A stretch of DNA of 64,000 bases from Adineta vaga (taxonomy: Eukaryota; Animalia; Rotifera): the NCBI GenBank assembly GCA_021613535.1, contig CP075492.1, positions 16,244,001 to 16,308,000 on the forward strand. The letters are read 5' to 3'. The translations under genes and the position numbers were made by a program. A model generated the notes under the pieces. That model did no database searches, was not told where the DNA came from, and was given only the letters and a program-made list of their open reading frames with translations. Position 1 is the first letter of the stretch. Every line of letters begins with the position of its first letter. This document shows, piece after piece, positions 61,359 to 64,000 of the stretch.

Positions 61359-61541
61359 TACTATGATCAATGTGCACCGTCAAAATGTATTTATGTTATT
61401 GAAATACCTGAAACAATTGAACAAAATCGAAACAAAAACTGATGTTGCATCTTCTATTAGTTTATTTATTGGTATAATCGGTGGCATTATTGTTATTTTA
61501 CACTTAGTTATACTACAATTGGTCAAACTCATTATTGAATA
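61359..61541 (+). pseudogene. Isolated C-terminal fragment of a paralog of the 61866-63165 gene
   Basis: YYDQCAPSKCIY...KTDVASSISLFIGIIGGIIVILHLVILQLVKLIIE* aligns with YYEQCAPSFCTY...KTDIISMIGLVIGIIGGIIAILHSILLSLVKLIIDRN*. Confidence 0.85.
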
Positions 61542-61865
61542 AACTTTTACTAAAAAATAAAAAACAAACTATTTATATTTCAAGAGAAGAAGTGGCTTCT
61601 CCTATATAGTCCTGACTTCAAATGATTCAAACTTTGACGTAGTTAGCAAAAAAATGACTTTCTATTTATTTTTGCATATAGAGAGATGACGGTGAATAAA
61701 TTAACGAGTATTCATGCATATGTAATATAAAAAAAAAACTTTCTCATTCAGGAAATGTATTTCAAAGTAATTACTTCAATGCGATAATTTATACTGTGGA
61801 CAATTATTTGAATGTATACTTTTTTTCCAACATAAAACTATATCAAACGCCGATTTTACTTTACA

Positions 61866-63165
61866 ATGATTGGTACTACGAAAGTCTATCGTAAGTTTTG
61901 ATTTTCTTTTAAATTAAAGTTCAAACTTTTTTTCAGCTTTAGAACCTCCAGATATTCAACGTACACGTCGTATCAAAAAGATATCAACAATATTAGGCAC
62001 TACTTTATTCATTTTATCGTTGGCATTTCCTGCTTACATTGTGAAAACAATTGTAACAAAACAGCCTACGTATACAATTATTAAACCAAAAGTGACAAAA
62101 AGTGTTACACAAACAATTCGTATTGCCCAACCTAGTCTGGCTCTGTATTCACAATTATATTCAACATACCCAGAAACGCTTCAATGTTTATGTAGTCAAT
62201 CGTCGATCAATCATAATGCATTTCTTCAAGTGCAAGCTGAATTTCATCCGATCTGTAATAGTAGCTTTATAACTGACGCGTGGATCTATGCTATTTTAGA
62301 TACGAGTCCAACAATTCTCCCTAATGATTTTCGAAAAACAGCTTCATATTCATTTCAAGCATTACGTACATTATGTCAACTAAGTCGTCAAACATTTGAA
62401 AACAAGTTGATGCAATTTTTATCTGATGAATATGTTAGTACAAGTCTTATTCCTGAACAAGTGTTTCATGTGCTAATGAGTGCACGAATAGATCAATTTA
62501 GATCATCAACGATAGATGCCTTTTTATTATCATTCTCAATGATTCGTAATATTGTACAAAGCAACGCCTTATTTTCTAGTTTACAATCAAATGCTATGTT
62601 ACATACTCAAAGTAACAATATTTATTCATTTCCAGCATCATATGATAATGGTTGTAGTTGTGCACTTTCAACAAACTGCATAAGTCAATCGTCGATTTAT
62701 GATTCATCGGGTGTCATTATGATTCGAATACCAGGATTTTATACCGGTTGTTATGTTATTGATGCATTACTTCAATCGAATCTTCAATGTTTTTATAATA
62801 TAACATGTCTAAATCTACTACAGAGTTATATGCCTTCACTAAGTACTTCTTCGATACCCGCCCTATTTGGTTTATCACCGCTAACTAGTTATCCGCAAAC
62901 ATCTATCAAAGATATGTTAAGTAACTTAATGATAGAACAATTGCTCACAACATTATTTTATTCTCGATATTATGAACAATGTGCACCATCATTTTGCACA
63001 TATCTTACTCAAACCACGGAAACAGTTGAATCAATTGATTTGTTTGAAAATAAAACTGATATAATATCTATGATTGGTTTAGTTATTGGTATTATTGGTG
63101 GTATTATTGCTATTTTACACTCAATTTTACTAAGCTTAGTCAAACTCATTATTGATAGAAATTAA
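61866..63165 (+). CDS. Two-TM protein with large Cys-rich ectodomain, unknown function, 2 exons
   Basis: Exons 61866-61890 and 61937-63165 in frame; TM near each end; LQCLCSQ, FHPICNS, CSCALS and YEQCAP motifs. Confidence 0.75.
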
Positions 63166-63332
63166 ACTATTTTTTCAAACTGAATCTTGTCGCTTTTGTC
63201 TTTTGCTTAATGAAAACAGCTTTGCACTACATAAGAATTTCAAAATATTTTAATCTGTCATTTCTAATGCTAAAACTTGTCTAGTTCGTCTTCGTTGTAC
63301 CAATCCAAAGCTAATCTTGAGATGAAGCATTT

Positions 63333-63940
63333 TTAAAATTTGGTCGATGAATGTTGTGTTTCAAAAAAAGAAAATTTCCCATTTGCTTGTAAAACTGACA
63401 TAAATAAATTACCTTGAATTATATTACGTATCGTATCTAATGTTCGTTTAAATGTTCTTAGGGTTGATTTTTGAATTAATTGAAAAGATATCATTTGATT
63501 ACTAATAAATTTTCTTGGATAATATTCAATTAAACTATTATTAATTGTTTCTTTTGTTAATTTACATAATGATGAAAGAATTCGAAATTGTGATGAACTC
63601 ATTGAAAGAAAATTACGTTTATTAACATGTCTTTCATGATATAAAAAGTTAAACCATTGGTGAGTAATAAAATCTGATGAAATGTTGGATGAAGTTGAAC
63701 AAATTGTTTATATTCAATGGAAATTTGATTACATGGACAGTTGATAGTATTTGGATATATCTGTTTATGATGAATTAAACTTGTTAATTGAATAGTTACA
63801 TTTTCAGATTTCTTATATAATGATTTATATAAAATAATGATAAGTAAAATAGTTATTACGACGATTATATATAATCGCGTACTGATAATCTGTCGACGAA
63901 TTTTTTCTCGATTAGTTGATTTATTTCGAAAGAGATTCAT
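63333..63940 (-). pseudogene. Frameshifted, truncated paralog of the two-TM Cys-rich family
   Basis: RRQIISTRLYI-TM, INCPCNQISI, FHQI, SSQFRILSSLCKLT match the neighbouring gene family; frames are broken. Confidence 0.7.
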
Positions 63941-64000
63941 ATGCAGTAATTTTGTTTTTACTGATCGAAAAAATTGATTTGATGTTGAAACAACTAGACT

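Noticed and set aside
1-64000. tRNA, rRNA or prokaryotic operon features
   Set aside because: None seen; the only tRNA-related sequence is the 13-nt PBS.

Overview
AT-rich eukaryotic DNA with short (~50-nt) GT-AG introns. The gene families (NHL repeats, TPR/ADP-ribosyltransferases, expanded rhodopsin-like GPCRs, F-box-like and FG-GAP proteins) and TGTGGG/TGAGGG repeats point to a bdelloid rotifer (inference). The window holds about 25 genes, pseudogenes and fragments. These include a glycosyltransferase-like tandem pair, FABP, a Ctr copper transporter, a 5-exon NHL/beta-sandwich/7TM receptor, four R-S-E ADP-ribosyltransferases, CYSTM, ISG12/IFI27-like, three F-box-like genes, a 14-repeat FG-GAP protein, an EF-hand protein and a VWA5A-like remnant. 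Mobile DNA includes a full-length LINE with a 12-bp TSD splitting a GPCR, a TTAA-flanked piggyBac carrying a 71-bp hAT MITE, a second piggyBac remnant interrupted by a short LTR plus tRNA-His PBS, and several MITEs. The most striking unexplained structure is a dispersed family of ~16 fold-back elements (ATCTTGAGGGTGTGGG...CCCACACCCTCAAGAT) built from telomere-type hexamers. One copy is expanded to ~760 bp, and several copies sit exactly at the broken 5' ends of gene fragments. All calls and exon models were read by eye, with no database searches.
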